Positions 19,577-29,646 of a stretch of DNA of 64,000 nt are shown here, one piece after another. Below the pieces are notes generated by a model. The model saw nothing but the letters and a program-made list of their open reading frames with translations. It was not told where the DNA came from and made no database searches. How positions within the stretch are numbered: position 1 is the first letter of the stretch; every line of letters starts with the position of its first letter. The translations under genes were made by a program, and so were the position numbers. This DNA is from an uncultured Armatimonadetes bacterium (lineage in GTDB: Bacteria > Armatimonadota > Hebobacteria > Hebobacterales > Hebobacteraceae): contig OY970296.1 of NCBI GenBank assembly GCA_963716175.1, forward strand, positions 1,792,001 through 1,856,000, written 5' to 3'.

Positions 19577-19777
19577 CTAGGCTGGCAACACGTTTTCGGC
19601 GTGCGGTCCCTTCTCGCCATCGAGGAGGTCGAACTGCACCTGCTGCCCTTCCTCCAGCGTCTTGAAGCCCGGCATCTTGATCGCGGAGTAGTGCACGAAG
19701 ACGTCCCGGCCCCCCTCGATCTCGATGAAGCCGTACCCCTTTTGGGCGTTGAACCACTTCACCTTTCCCCTCGCCAT
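19577..19777 (-). CDS. csp: Cold-shock protein
   Basis: GKVKWFN..KGYGFI and DVFVHYSAI (RNP1/RNP2); SD GGAGG. Confidence 0.97.
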   Translation of the reverse strand: MARGKVKWFNAQKGYGFIEIEGGRDVFVHYSAIKMPGFKTLEEGQQVQFDLLDGEKGPHAENVLPA

Positions 19778-19822
19778 CAACGCACCTCCTTGCTCCTGCG
19801 ATGGCATACTCAGCCAGCGTGA

Positions 19823-19851
19823 AACTTACCAAAGTGGGTTCAGAATGTCAA
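19823..19851 (-). promoter_or_regulatory. Putative sigma70 promoter of csp
   Basis: TTGACA-N17-TAAGTT with an extended TG. Confidence 0.65.
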
Positions 19852-19992
19852 GGGCTTGCCGGGTCTTGCAGAGTCTGGGTGGGGTGTGGCTTTCTGTGGA
19901 GCGGTGTCCCCCGACCCTGCCAGATAGCCCGCGGGAGGCGGGCAGGCATGCCTGGATGCTGCCCTACCGCTCTGGCACAGAGAGTCGTGAGA

Positions 19993-20181
19993 TCAGGGCA
20001 CGAGCTCGGCGAGGTAGCCGCGGAATACAGGGCAATCGCGATAGGCCTTGCCGGGGGCCAGGCAGCGCTCGTAGGTCACGGGATCGTCAACCGCGGGGGT
20101 GCCTCCCTCTTCCTCGTCGTGAGGAGGCTCCTGCAGCAGCAGGCAGTCGTTGTTCTCACGCGTGTAGTGTGGGCAGGCCAT
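19993..20181 (-). CDS. Small Cys-rich hypothetical protein (62 aa)
   Basis: MACPHY..DC..ERC..DCPVF; G-rich SD; 23 nt downstream of tatA on the same strand. Confidence 0.6.
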   Translation of the reverse strand: MACPHYTRENNDCLLLQEPPHDEEEGGTPAVDDPVTYERCLAPGKAYRDCPVFRGYLAELVP

Positions 20182-20204
20182 GGCCGCCAACCCCCCGCTC
20201 GCGA

Positions 20205-20399
20205 TCAGGAGGACTTGGGGGAGGACTTGGAGTCGTCGTCCTCCAGGTCGGTGCTGATCTCGCGCATGGACTTGCGGAACTCCCTCATCCCCTGGCCGAT
20301 GGATCGCCCCAGCTCCGGCAAGCGCTTGGCGCCGAAGAGCAAGAGGAGCAGCACCAGGATGACGAAGATCTCGCTCGGTCCCAAGGTCCAACCCATCAT
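20205..20399 (-). CDS. tatA: Twin-arginine translocase subunit TatA/TatE
   Basis: E....L.LLLLFGAKRLPELGRSIGQGMREFRK. Confidence 0.95.
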   Translation of the reverse strand: MMGWTLGPSEIFVILVLLLLLFGAKRLPELGRSIGQGMREFRKSMREISTDLEDDDSKSSPKSS

Positions 20400-20472
20400 C
20401 AGCAACTCCAGCCCAGCATTGGCTACGGGAGCCCAGCACTGGCTGCCGCCGTGGCAGGGCTTCTCCAGTAAG

Positions 20473-20502
20473 ATTATACGCCCTGGAACGGGGCTGTGAC
20501 AA
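20473..20502 (-). promoter_or_regulatory. Putative sigma70 promoter of tatA
   Basis: TTGTCA-N18-TATAAT. Confidence 0.6.
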
Positions 20503-20528
20503 GGGCCTGAGGGCCGCGCTTGTAAGGC

Positions 20529-20557
20529 TTGACGCGGCTGAGGGCATGCCATAGAAT
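20529..20557 (+). promoter_or_regulatory. Putative sigma70 promoter of tRNA-Leu
   Basis: TTGACG-N17-TAGAAT. Confidence 0.7.
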
Positions 20558-20570
20558 ACCCGGTGCGGGC

Positions 20571-20657
20571 GCCGAGGTGGCGGAATTGGCAGACGCGCTA
20601 GGTTCAGGGCTTAGTGGGCTTAGGCCCGTCGGGGTTCGACTCCCCGCCTCGGCACCA
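20571..20657 (+). tRNA. tRNA-Leu(CAG)
   Basis: Acceptor stem GCCGAGG/CCTCGGC, anticodon loop TT-CAG-GG, long variable arm, GTTCGAC T-loop, discriminator A and encoded CCA. Confidence 0.97.
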
Positions 20658-20669
20658 AGGGATGACAGC

Positions 20670-20716
20670 GGGCAGGTCGCGGACCCTTCGGCTCCGTCAG
20701 GGCAGGCCTGCCCTGC
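20670..20716. repeat. REP interrupted by a 23-nt CCCTTCG..TCAGGGCAGG element
   Basis: Removing 20684-20706 restores GGGCAGGTCGCGGACCTGCCC, the reverse complement of the REP at 15280. Confidence 0.85.
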
Positions 20717-20855
20717 GCTTGGCCGGCTTGACTTGGCCGGGGCCCATTCCATATCATGATCGCAGCGAAGTCTCGCCGCGGGTCGGCGGCGACTGCGTTC
20801 GGCAGAGGGCTGAATTGCACGGCAACCGGACTGGAATCGGTGGTCAGGTGGGCTG

Positions 20856-22046
20856 GTGACCTCGAAGCGGCCCGAGATTGATGTGATCGTGGTCGGGGCC
20901 GGGCCGGCCGGCTCGGAGTGCGCCCGGCGGTTGGCCTCAGCAGGCTTTCAGGTGCTGGTGGTGGAGGAGCACGCGTGGGCGGGGGAGCCGGTGCACTGCA
21001 CCGGGGTGATCAGCGCTCACGCCTATGCGGCTTTCGATCTGCCGACGTCAGCCATCCAGAGCGAGCTGACCACGGCGGAACTGACCTCTCCAGGTGGGAT
21101 TACCCTGCGGGTCCATCTCAACGGCAGCCGCGCCTACACGGTGGACCGCCGACAGGTGGACCTGGCGCTGGCGGCGAGAGCGCAGCAGGCCGGGGCGAGG
21201 CCCTGTTGGGGGGTGCAAGCCCGGGAGATCGCGGTCGGCAAGACAGGAGTGCAGGTGACCGGGGTGCAGGCAGGCCAGCCCTGGGTGGAGCGGGCGCGGG
21301 TGGTAGTGCTGGCGACGGGAGCGAGAAGCTCACTTCCCAGGCGCGTGGGCCTGGCCCAGGCTGGGGATCACATGCACGGGGCGCAGGCACAGGTGCCGGT
21401 CTCGACGCCGGCTACCATGCAGGTATGGCTGGGGCATCGTCTGGTTCCCGGAGGATTCGGCTGGGTGGTGCCAGGCCAGCCGGGATGGAGTCGCCTGGGG
21501 GTGCTGACCAGGGGGAAACCGCGGTTGGTGCTGAGGGAGTTGGCGCACCGCGCTCTCAATGGTGGCGGCGATCGCCTGGTGGAGAGCGAGATCCGCGTGC
21601 ATCCTGTTCCAGCCGCACCCTGCCATCCTACCTGTGGAGACCGGGTGCTGTCGGTAGGGGACGCGGCCGGGCAGGTGAAGATGACCACCGGGGGCGGAGT
21701 CTACTACGGGCTGCTGGCAGCGCGGCTGGCCTCCGAGGTGCTGGCCGAGGGACTGGCGCGGGGGCGGCTGGGTGCCCGTCACCTGGCTCGCTACGAGAAG
21801 CTGTGGCAGGAGCTGCTGGGCCCGGAGCAGCGCGCCGGGCAACTGCTGCGGAGGCTGGCCTCGTCGGTGTCTGATGAGACTCTGGACGGGATCTTCCGCG
21901 CGGCCGAGCGGCGGGGATTGTCGCAGTACCTGCTGGACCTGGTGGATTTCGACTGGCATGCCCGCCCTGGTGTGGGCCTGGTGCTGGCCATGCTGGCCGG
22001 TAGCGAGGGGCGCGGGCTGCGTTGGTTGGGGCGATTGGTGCGATAG
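20856..22046 (+). CDS. Geranylgeranyl reductase-family FAD oxidoreductase
   Basis: VVGAGPAG, C.G.IS, GFGWVVP, VGDAAGQVK.TTGGG motifs. Confidence 0.88.
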   Translation: MTSKRPEIDVIVVGAGPAGSECARRLASAGFQVLVVEEHAWAGEPVHCTGVISAHAYAAFDLPTSAIQSELTTAELTSPGGITLRVHLNGSRAYTVDRRQVDLALAARAQQAGARPCWGVQAREIAVGKTGVQVTGVQAGQPWVERARVVVLATGARSSLPRRVGLAQAGDHMHGAQAQVPVSTPATMQVWLGHRLVPGGFGWVVPGQPGWSRLGVLTRGKPRLVLRELAHRALNGGGDRLVESEIRVHPVPAAPCHPTCGDRVLSVGDAAGQVKMTTGGGVYYGLLAARLASEVLAEGLARGRLGARHLARYEKLWQELLGPEQRAGQLLRRLASSVSDETLDGIFRAAERRGLSQYLLDLVDFDWHARPGVGLVLAMLAGSEGRGLRWLGRLVR

Positions 22047-22121
22047 CTGCCGGATTCCGCCGCTCGTGCCGCGGAGGCGCAGAGTCGGCGCCGGGCGAAA
22101 GGTGGCGAGCGAGGGGAGCAG

Positions 22122-22667
22122 GTGCAGGTGCGTCCACACGGACCGGGCTATGACTGGGCCAATGAGCTGCCGCTGCCGGGCGTGCGGTGCGCGACGCCCG
22201 GGGCGTCGGCGATCATCGCCGGGGTGAAGATCCGGCGGCTGCCCGCGCTGCCGGACGAGCGCGGGGTGCTGACCGAGATTCTCCGCGCCGATGACCCCGA
22301 GTTCGCGGGCTTTGGGCAGGTCTACATGACCACCACTTACCCGGGAGTGGTGAAGGCGTGGCACTGCCACCGGCGGCAGACCGATATCATCTGTTGCGTC
22401 TCCGGGGAGCTGAAGCTAGCGCTCTACGATGACCGGGAGGGGTCGGCCACGCGGGGCCTGGTGAACGAGATCTTCCTGGGCGATAGCAACCGCCTGCTGG
22501 TGAAGGTGCCGACCGGCATCTACCACGGGTGGAAGTGTGTGGGGGAGCGCAGCGCGCTGGTGATCAACATCCCCGACCAGCCCTACCAGTACGGCGCGCC
22601 AGACGAGCACCGGATAGATCCCCACGAGAACGACATTCCCTATTGTTGGGCGCGGCGCGACGCCTGA
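22122..22667 (+). CDS. dTDP-4-dehydrorhamnose 3,5-epimerase family (RmlC-like)
   Basis: DERG.L.E, PGVVKAWH.H, DDREGS.T, P.GIYHG motifs. Confidence 0.88.
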   Translation: MQVRPHGPGYDWANELPLPGVRCATPGASAIIAGVKIRRLPALPDERGVLTEILRADDPEFAGFGQVYMTTTYPGVVKAWHCHRRQTDIICCVSGELKLALYDDREGSATRGLVNEIFLGDSNRLLVKVPTGIYHGWKCVGERSALVINIPDQPYQYGAPDEHRIDPHENDIPYCWARRDA

Positions 22668-22798
22668 CCCTACTTGGGCGCAGCTCCTGATTGGGCCTTC
22701 CGCTCGACAAAGCGCGGCTTCGCGCGCCATTAGCCTTGGAGGAGAACCGCAGGAGCGGTTCTAGCAGTGAAGAAGTTGGAGACGCAACAAGTCCAGCG

Positions 22799-23782
22799 AT
22801 GAGCCAGGAACACGATCTGTCCGCAGCCCTGCTGCGGGCGAGGGAAGCGATCACCATCGAGGCCTGCGCGGTCGGCGCGCTGGCGGAGCGCATAGACGAC
22901 AGCTTCCGGCGCGCGGTGGAGCTGATCCTGGGGTGTGCGGGGCGCGTGGTGGTGACTGGCATCGGCAAGTCCGGCGCGGTGGGCCGCAAGCTAGCGGCGA
23001 CGCTGGCCAGCACCGGCACTCCCTCCCTCTTCCTTCATCCGGCAGAGGGATTGCATGGAGACCTGGGCATGGTGGCAGCGGGAGATGTGCTGGTGGTGCT
23101 GTCGCAGAGCGGCTGGACGGAGGAGGTGGGCGTGATCCTGACCGCGATGGAGAGGATCAGGGTGCCGGTGATCGCGCTCACCGGCCGGCTGCACAGCCCC
23201 CTGGCGGACCGGGCGGCGGTGACTCTGGATGTCTCGGTGGAGCGGGAGGCCTGCCCCCTGGGCCTGGCTCCCACGGCCTCCACTGTCGCCCAGATGGCGA
23301 TGGGGGACGCGCTGGCGGTGGCGGTGATGACCGCGCGCGGGTTCAGCCGGGAGGATTTCGCCGCCCTGCACCCGGGTGGGCCGCTCGGACGCAAGGCCCG
23401 CGACCGGGTGGAGGAGCTGATGCGCCAGGAGGAGGCCGTGGCGACGGCCTCTGAGGATACCGTCCTGCGGGAGGTGCTGTTTGCGATCACGTCGGCGCGG
23501 GCCGGCGCGGCGGCGGTGGTGGACACTGAAGGGCGGCTGCTGGGGATTATCACCGATGGCGATATCCGCCGGGCCCTGTTGGCCGATGAGGGGGCGCTGA
23601 AGAAGCGGGCGGGGGAGGTGATGACGCGGAGCCCGAAGATCGCGCGACCGGAGACGCCGGCGGTCGAGGCGCTGGCGCTGATGCGCGAGTACAAGATCGG
23701 GGACATGCCGGTGGTGGATGGGGAGCGGCGCCTGCTGGGGATGCTGAACCTCAAGGACATGCTCGACCTAGGGATGGAGTGA
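22799..23782 (+). CDS. kdsD: KpsF/GutQ arabinose-5-phosphate isomerase
   Basis: GIGKSG, ASTGTP, HGDLG, EACPLGLAPT.ST, HPGG.LG motifs; CBS pair. Confidence 0.9.
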   Translation: MSQEHDLSAALLRAREAITIEACAVGALAERIDDSFRRAVELILGCAGRVVVTGIGKSGAVGRKLAATLASTGTPSLFLHPAEGLHGDLGMVAAGDVLVVLSQSGWTEEVGVILTAMERIRVPVIALTGRLHSPLADRAAVTLDVSVEREACPLGLAPTASTVAQMAMGDALAVAVMTARGFSREDFAALHPGGPLGRKARDRVEELMRQEEAVATASEDTVLREVLFAITSARAGAAAVVDTEGRLLGIITDGDIRRALLADEGALKKRAGEVMTRSPKIARPETPAVEALALMREYKIGDMPVVDGERRLLGMLNLKDMLDLGME

Positions 23783-25203
23783 TGAGGGAACCGATCAGCT
23801 TCGGCACCGAAGGATGGCGGGCATTGCTCGCCGATGATTACACTTTCGATAATGTGCGGGCGGTCGCGCGCGCTGCCGCGAAGTGGTTCCAGCGACAGCC
23901 GCGCCCGGCGGCGGTGGCGGTGGGACACGACACCCGGTTCCTGGGAAACAGGTTCGCGGCGGCGGTGGCCGATGAGCTGGCCGAGGTTGGGGTGGAGGTG
24001 CGGCTGTGCGCGGGGCCGCTTCCCACTCCGGCGGTGGGGGTGTATGTGGTGGAGAACAAGCTCGCAGGATCGGTAGTGCTCACCGCCAGCCACAACCCGG
24101 CCGAGTACAACGGGGTGAAGGTGAAGGGTTCGACCGCGGGCTCGGTGCCCGAGGAGGATGCGAAATGGATCGAGGCCGAGGCAAATCGCATGCTCTCGGA
24201 GGACCCGGAGAAGAGAGCGCGGGCGCGAGAGCACCAGCGCTTTGATGTGCGAGACCGCTATCTCGATGGCCTGGTCTCGAAGGTGGATGGCAGGGCGATC
24301 CAGCGAGCCCAGGTGGTGGTGGTGGCGGACATGATGCACGGAGCCGGAGGCGGCTATCTGGACGAGGCGCTGCGCCGCGCCGGCTGCGCCGAGGTGCGCC
24401 CGGTGCGGGCTAACCCTGATCCCACCTTCGGGTGGAGACGCCCGGAACCCATTGGCGAGAACCTGGTCGCGAGCACAGCCATGACCGCCGACCCGGCGGT
24501 GACAGTGGGGCTGGCCACGGATGGCGATGCCGACCGCTTCGGACTGATGGCCCATGGTGAGTACTTGGATGTGATGCAGGCCATCGTGCTGATCTTGTAC
24601 CACCTGTTGAAAAACCGTCACTATCAGGGGTCGGTGGTGCACTCGCTGAACGTGACCTCTATGGTGGCGCGGCTGTGCCAGCACTATGGATCGCGGGTGA
24701 TCGAGACCCCGGTGGGCTTCAAGAACATCGCGCCGAAGTTGGTAGGGGATTCGGACTACGTGTTCGCGGCGGAGGAGAGCGGCGGGTTCGCCATCAGGGG
24801 GCACATCCCGGACCGGGACGGGACCGCGGCCGCCCTGACCGTGTGCGAGGCGATCGCCACCGAGGGGAAGCCGGTGCGCGAGATCTTGGCCGATATCTTC
24901 AGCCTGGTGGGCGGCCGGCGGTATTACGAGCGCCTGGACATGAAGCTGACCGCGGGCCAGCACGAGAAGCTCGCCGAGGCGATGCCCACGCTGGAGAGGG
25001 ATTCAGTGGCGGGGGAGCGGGTAGTCGGGGTGGGCCGGATGGACGGGGCCAAGTTCTCTTTGAGTGATGGCAGTTGGCTGCTCTTGCGGCTGTCTGGCAC
25101 GGAGCCACTGGTGCGGATCTATGCCGAGACCGTAAGCGAGGAGGAGGTGCGCAAGCTGCTGGCTGCGGGGCGGGACCTGGTGACTAGCATCACTGGAGGA
25201 TAG
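23779..25203 (+). CDS. Phosphoglucomutase / phosphomannomutase
   Basis: FGTEGWR, TASHNP, DGDADR, EESGG, R.SGTEP motifs. Confidence 0.95.
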   Translation: MMREPISFGTEGWRALLADDYTFDNVRAVARAAAKWFQRQPRPAAVAVGHDTRFLGNRFAAAVADELAEVGVEVRLCAGPLPTPAVGVYVVENKLAGSVVLTASHNPAEYNGVKVKGSTAGSVPEEDAKWIEAEANRMLSEDPEKRARAREHQRFDVRDRYLDGLVSKVDGRAIQRAQVVVVADMMHGAGGGYLDEALRRAGCAEVRPVRANPDPTFGWRRPEPIGENLVASTAMTADPAVTVGLATDGDADRFGLMAHGEYLDVMQAIVLILYHLLKNRHYQGSVVHSLNVTSMVARLCQHYGSRVIETPVGFKNIAPKLVGDSDYVFAAEESGGFAIRGHIPDRDGTAAALTVCEAIATEGKPVREILADIFSLVGGRRYYERLDMKLTAGQHEKLAEAMPTLERDSVAGERVVGVGRMDGAKFSLSDGSWLLLRLSGTEPLVRIYAETVSEEEVRKLLAAGRDLVTSITGG

Positions 25204-25206
25204 ACG

Positions 25207-26276
25207 GTGGGGGCGAATGGCGCCATGCATGTGGTGATCTTGGCCGGCGGGGTGGGAACGCGGCTGTGGCCCATTCGCGCCGGAGCCGGCCCAAGCAGTT
25301 CCAGCCGCTGCTCTCCACCCACAGCATGCTGGAGGAGACCTACCTGCGGTGTCTGCCGTTGACATCGCCGGAGCGGGTCTGGGTGGTGACGAGCGCGGAT
25401 TTCACGGATCTGGTCCGGGCACAGCTCCCGGAGGTGCAGGCGGCGCACATCCTCGGGGAGCCGATGGGGCGCAGCAGCGCGCCGGCGGCGGCGCTGGCGG
25501 TGGCGCGCATCGCCCGGTCCGAGCCGCAGGCCACAGTGTTGGTCACCACGTCCGATAGCCACATCGGGGATGCGGCGGCCTACCGCGACTACGTAGTGGT
25601 GGCAGCGGAGGCGGCGCAGACTGGATGCATCGTCACCCTGGGAGTGGTGCCCACTCGACCCGACACGGGCTTCGGCTACATCAAGCGCGGGGGCCGGCTG
25701 GCGCATCCACCAGGCGCTTACTGGGTCGAGCGGTTCACCGAGAAGCCGGACCTGGCGACGGCCGAGCGCTACCTGGCCGACGGCGGCTATTACTGGAACA
25801 TTGGGCACTTCGTGTTCCAGGCCGACGTGTTCATGGAGCGCTGCGAGCGGCATCTGCCGGAGGTGGCAAGGGGAGTGCGACGGCTGGCGGAGGCGGCGAG
25901 CGCGGAACTGATCACCCAGGTCTACCAGAGCTTCCCTACCATCTCCCTCGACTACGGGATTGCGGAGAAAGAGGAGCGGCTGGCGGTGGTGCCGACGGCC
26001 CTGGACTGGAGCGATGTCGGGAGCTGGGCGGCGGTGAAGGAGATTGCAGCCCGGCACGGTGGCCTGGACCTGAGACCTGAGAACCACGTGGGGGTGGACA
26101 GCAGGGATTGCTTTGTGCTGGCCGGCTCCGGCCGCCTGGTGGTTACGGTTGGGGTCGAAGGATATGTGATTGTGGACACACCGGATGCGCTGCTTATCGT
26201 CCGCGAGGACAAGGCGCAGGAGGTGAGGGAGGCGCTGGAGGAGATTGAGCGGAGGGGGAAGCAGGGGTATCTGTAG
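25207..26276 (+). CDS. manC: Mannose-1-phosphate guanylyltransferase; one frameshift at 25270-25272
   Basis: VILAGGVGTRLWP, then PKQF, F.EKP and WSDVGSW in another frame. Joined by adding one C. Confidence 0.9.
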
Positions 26277-26388
26277 GGGGAGCGTTCTCCTATCAAGGTG
26301 GGGTTCGGGGGCGGAGTTCCGGAACCCCGACGCGCAACGGCCTTCGAGTCGCCGGTGAGCGCCGGTAAGCGCGCGGGTAGAACCTCGC

Positions 26389-29300
26389 CTACAGAATGAT
26401 GTCGCGGTCCAGCAACCGCGCAGCTCTGGGCTGCCAGGGATCCAGCTCGAGTGACCGGCGCAGTGGCCCCTCGGCCTCCTGTGGCTTGCCAGCCGCCTTC
26501 AGTGCCAAGCCCAGAGCAAGTTGAGCGGCCGCGCTGGCGGGTTCGGCCTCCGCGCGCTTCCGCGCGGTCGCGACTTCTTGCTCCAGCAGGCTTTCGGCCT
26601 CCTCCCTCCGACCCAGCTTGCGGAGGCTTAGCGCGCGGTAGACAGACAGACCCAGGGCGCCGGTATGGGAGTGCCGATGATAGCCTTCAGCAGCGGCCGC
26701 CTCCCAGTGTGCTCCGGCGGCAGCCATGTCGCCCAGAGCTTCACACACCAGCCCTGCGCACCAGCGGGGTCGAGCGTCCTCGGTCTGCGCCGGTCTCCCG
26801 ATCCTCAGGTTCGCCGGGTAGTCCAGCGCAGCTTCGAAGTCCTGTCGCGCTCCATTGAGGTCGGCATGGTCGAACCGCGCTGCGCCCCGGCCGCAGTAGG
26901 CCTCCACGTAGAGATAGCGCATCCGGTACTCCGTCTCCCAGCGGTGGAAGCTGTGCGTAGTGAGCAGCGAAACCGCGGGATCCCACGCTCCCAGGGCCAG
27001 ACAGGCCGCGATCTGGTGGGCCGCCACCAGGCTTCGCCGCTGCACTTGCGCTGGCGCGGCATCCAGCACCTCCAGCCGCTTCCGTGGGTGCGCTCTGCGC
27101 GCCTCGAGCACCTCTACCAGCTCCAGGTAGGCCCGCGGTTGGAGCGGCCGGCAGGCCACGGCCTGGCGCAGCGCACCCTCAGCCTTCTCCAGATCCCCTG
27201 CCACCTCCCGGTAGGCAAGCCCGAGATCGCGATGCAGAACGGCGGAATCCGTCATCTGCTGCGCGGCCGCCTCCCACTCCGCCAGCGCTTCCTTTCGGCG
27301 CCCCTGGCTGTAGAGCAGTGTTCCCAGGTAGTAGTGGGCCGGGCCGTCAGCCGGGTCGCCGGCAAGCGCCTCCCTCAGCACCGCCTCCAGCTCCCAGTGG
27401 TGGGGGAAGGTAAGGTCTGGAGAGAGCTTGCTTGCTTCGCGTCGATACTCCGCCGCCTCTTGACTCCGCCCCATGCTATCGAGCCAGAAAGCGAGCGCGT
27501 AGCAGACCAGCGGGTCTCGCTTGACCCCTGGCACCCGCTTCTGCGCCCACGCCAGCAGCACAGCCGCCTCCTCGAGCAAACCCGCGCCCGCGTAGTCGAA
27601 CCCCAGCTCCAGCCACGGATTGCCTCCCACGGGCTCGAAGCCGGCGCTGCCGATCATCGCTTTCAGCTCGCGCAGTCTGGCCGCGGCCACCCGCGGTTGC
27701 CCTGAGGCGGCGGCACAGAAGTGCGCCTCCGCCGCCACCAGCCGATCCAGAGGCAGCGCCTGGCGTGCGGCCGCGACCTCGGCCGCGGCCTGCTTCACTC
27801 GCCCCTCTCGGCGCAAGGCCGCGGCGAGCAAGGCACGCGCCTTCGCACCCTCCTGCCGGTACTGAAGCGCCTGTTCCAGCACAGCAGCCGCGCCCGTCCA
27901 GTCGCTGCGCGCCATCGCGATCAGGCCCAGCTCCACCCGCGCGGCGTGCGCGAACTGCGGGTTGTGGGCCGCGCGCCAGAGCTCGAATTCGGCCTCCTCC
28001 ACCCGGCCCGCGCGGCGCAGCGCAACGCCCAGATAGTAGGCCGCCTCTGCGCTCTCCGGGGCGGCTGCGGCCGCCTCGCGCAGCCGCGCCACCGCCCCCT
28101 CGGGGCCTGACTCCAGGGCCAGCCGGCCCGCGGCGATGGCGGCCTCGACGCAAGCCGGGTCGGCGTCCAGCGCTCTCTGGTAGACGGCGCGCGCCTCCTC
28201 GGAGTTGCCGGCCTCCTCCGCTCTGACCGCCTCCCGCAGCAGGAACCCCGGAGTCCGCGCCGCGGGCTCTGAATCTGTGTCACTGGCCGCAGGTTGGGAA
28301 CCGGCGCTGCCGGCAGCGAGCGTCCGCGGGGGTTGGTTCTCGGTGCCGCGGATGATCTCGCGCCCATCTGTGTCCAGCAGGGTCAAGGTGAGCGGCCCTT
28401 GCGGCCAGGCAGAGCTGCTCGGCAGATCCAGCCGCAGAGGCCGGTCCGGCGAGAGGTCGGCCCGCAGCTCGTGCAGCACGTGCTCGCCTGCGCTGATGCG
28501 TACTCTCGCGCCATCCAGCCTCTGGGTCACCGCCGCGCCCAGGTCAATGTGGCCATCGCCCCGGGAGATGCGCACGGCCGCCTCGGTGTTGGCGCGCGCG
28601 AAGCCTCCGGTGCCCTTCACTGGCCACCAGTACTCCAGCCACCGCAGCGCGTGATGAGGCGGCAGCAGCCGCCAGATGCTCTGGTCCACGAAGCGGCCGC
28701 TCTGGATCTCGCAGTAGGGCCCGTCCTCGTCGCTTAGCACGGAGGCCCAGACGCGGCCGCTCTCGGCCGTGCCCCAGGTGAAGTACTTCTTCCCGAAGCA
28801 CTGGTGCACGTCGGCCACGTGCACCACACCGAAGTCCCGCTCCTCGTAGTAGACACCGAAGAAATCCTCCAGGCTGTCCAGCATGAAGGAATCGCTGGCG
28901 ACGGGGAAGGCGCGATAGCGGGAGAGATCCCTGCCCTGGTGCATGGGCCAGGCAACCGGGCCCTGCCAGGTGCGCGCCCTCGTCGCCGGGTAGATCAGTC
29001 GCATGTCATCGCGCGCTGGCACCGCGGCGTTTGCCCAGAAGTAGTAGGGGTGAGGCAGCGCGGTGCGGTTCATCAGCCGCACTTCAGTCTCGATCAGGCT
29101 CGATCCGGGACGAAGTCGGATGCCCACCGCCCAGGCCATACGATAGATCTGCTCGATGTCTCCCACCCAGATGGTGGCACTGCCATCTCCGGCCTGCACC
29201 AGCCGGCTATCCACCGGAGACAGGGTGGTCACGCTATGGCCGCGCGGGAAGTTCCACTCGATGCCGCCGCTGATCCAGGCCCCGCGCAGCGCGATCAGTC

Positions 29301-29586
29301 CGGGCTTCACCACGTGGTTGTGGTAAAACAGGTCCTGGCCGGTGGCCTTGTCCACTGCGGAGTGAAGATGCCCGCCCAGCTCGGGCAGCACGGTCACCCG
29401 AAGATACTCGTTCTCAACCACCAGGGCGCGATAGCGGACCGGGCGAGCCGCCTCTCCCAGGTCATCCAGCATGGGGTAAGGGTAGATGCGCCAGTGCCCT
29501 CGTCGGTGGAAGGGCGGGTTGGGGTCTGCCTCCCCCCGGAGATAGGTCTTCAGTTCCAGGGTCTCTTCACGGATCTCTACTGGCAC
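26389..29586 (-). CDS. DUF5107 domain plus TPR-repeat protein
   Basis: YPYP, ENEYL.VTVLPELGG, SGGIEWN.P, KYFTWG, YCEIQSG motifs; TPR-like C-terminal half. Confidence 0.85.
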   Translation of the reverse strand: MPVEIREETLELKTYLRGEADPNPPFHRRGHWRIYPYPMLDDLGEAARPVRYRALVVENEYLRVTVLPELGGHLHSAVDKATGQDLFYHNHVVKPGLIALRGAWISGGIEWNFPRGHSVTTLSPVDSRLVQAGDGSATIWVGDIEQIYRMAWAVGIRLRPGSSLIETEVRLMNRTALPHPYYFWANAAVPARDDMRLIYPATRARTWQGPVAWPMHQGRDLSRYRAFPVASDSFMLDSLEDFFGVYYEERDFGVVHVADVHQCFGKKYFTWGTAESGRVWASVLSDEDGPYCEIQSGRFVDQSIWRLLPPHHALRWLEYWWPVKGTGGFARANTEAAVRISRGDGHIDLGAAVTQRLDGARVRISAGEHVLHELRADLSPDRPLRLDLPSSSAWPQGPLTLTLLDTDGREIIRGTENQPPRTLAAGSAGSQPAASDTDSEPAARTPGFLLREAVRAEEAGNSEEARAVYQRALDADPACVEAAIAAGRLALESGPEGAVARLREAAAAAPESAEAAYYLGVALRRAGRVEEAEFELWRAAHNPQFAHAARVELGLIAMARSDWTGAAAVLEQALQYRQEGAKARALLAAALRREGRVKQAAAEVAAARQALPLDRLVAAEAHFCAAASGQPRVAAARLRELKAMIGSAGFEPVGGNPWLELGFDYAGAGLLEEAAVLLAWAQKRVPGVKRDPLVCYALAFWLDSMGRSQEAAEYRREASKLSPDLTFPHHWELEAVLREALAGDPADGPAHYYLGTLLYSQGRRKEALAEWEAAAQQMTDSAVLHRDLGLAYREVAGDLEKAEGALRQAVACRPLQPRAYLELVEVLEARRAHPRKRLEVLDAAPAQVQRRSLVAAHQIAACLALGAWDPAVSLLTTHSFHRWETEYRMRYLYVEAYCGRGAARFDHADLNGARQDFEAALDYPANLRIGRPAQTEDARPRWCAGLVCEALGDMAAAGAHWEAAAAEGYHRHSHTGALGLSVYRALSLRKLGRREEAESLLEQEVATARKRAEAEPASAAAQLALGLALKAAGKPQEAEGPLRRSLELDPWQPRAARLLDRDIIL

Positions 29587-29646
29587 CAGCCGTCCTCTCT
29601 CGGGCCGTGTGTCTCTCTGCCCTCTGCGTCTGCGCAACACCCTCTT

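Noticed and set aside
20571-20860. Island integrated at tRNA-Leu
   Set aside because: No integrase and no duplicated tRNA 3' end seen; downstream genes have host-like composition.
20856-22046. Archaeal-type lipid synthesis from the geranylgeranyl reductase
   Set aside because: The family is widespread in bacteria and no other archaeal lipid genes are in the window.
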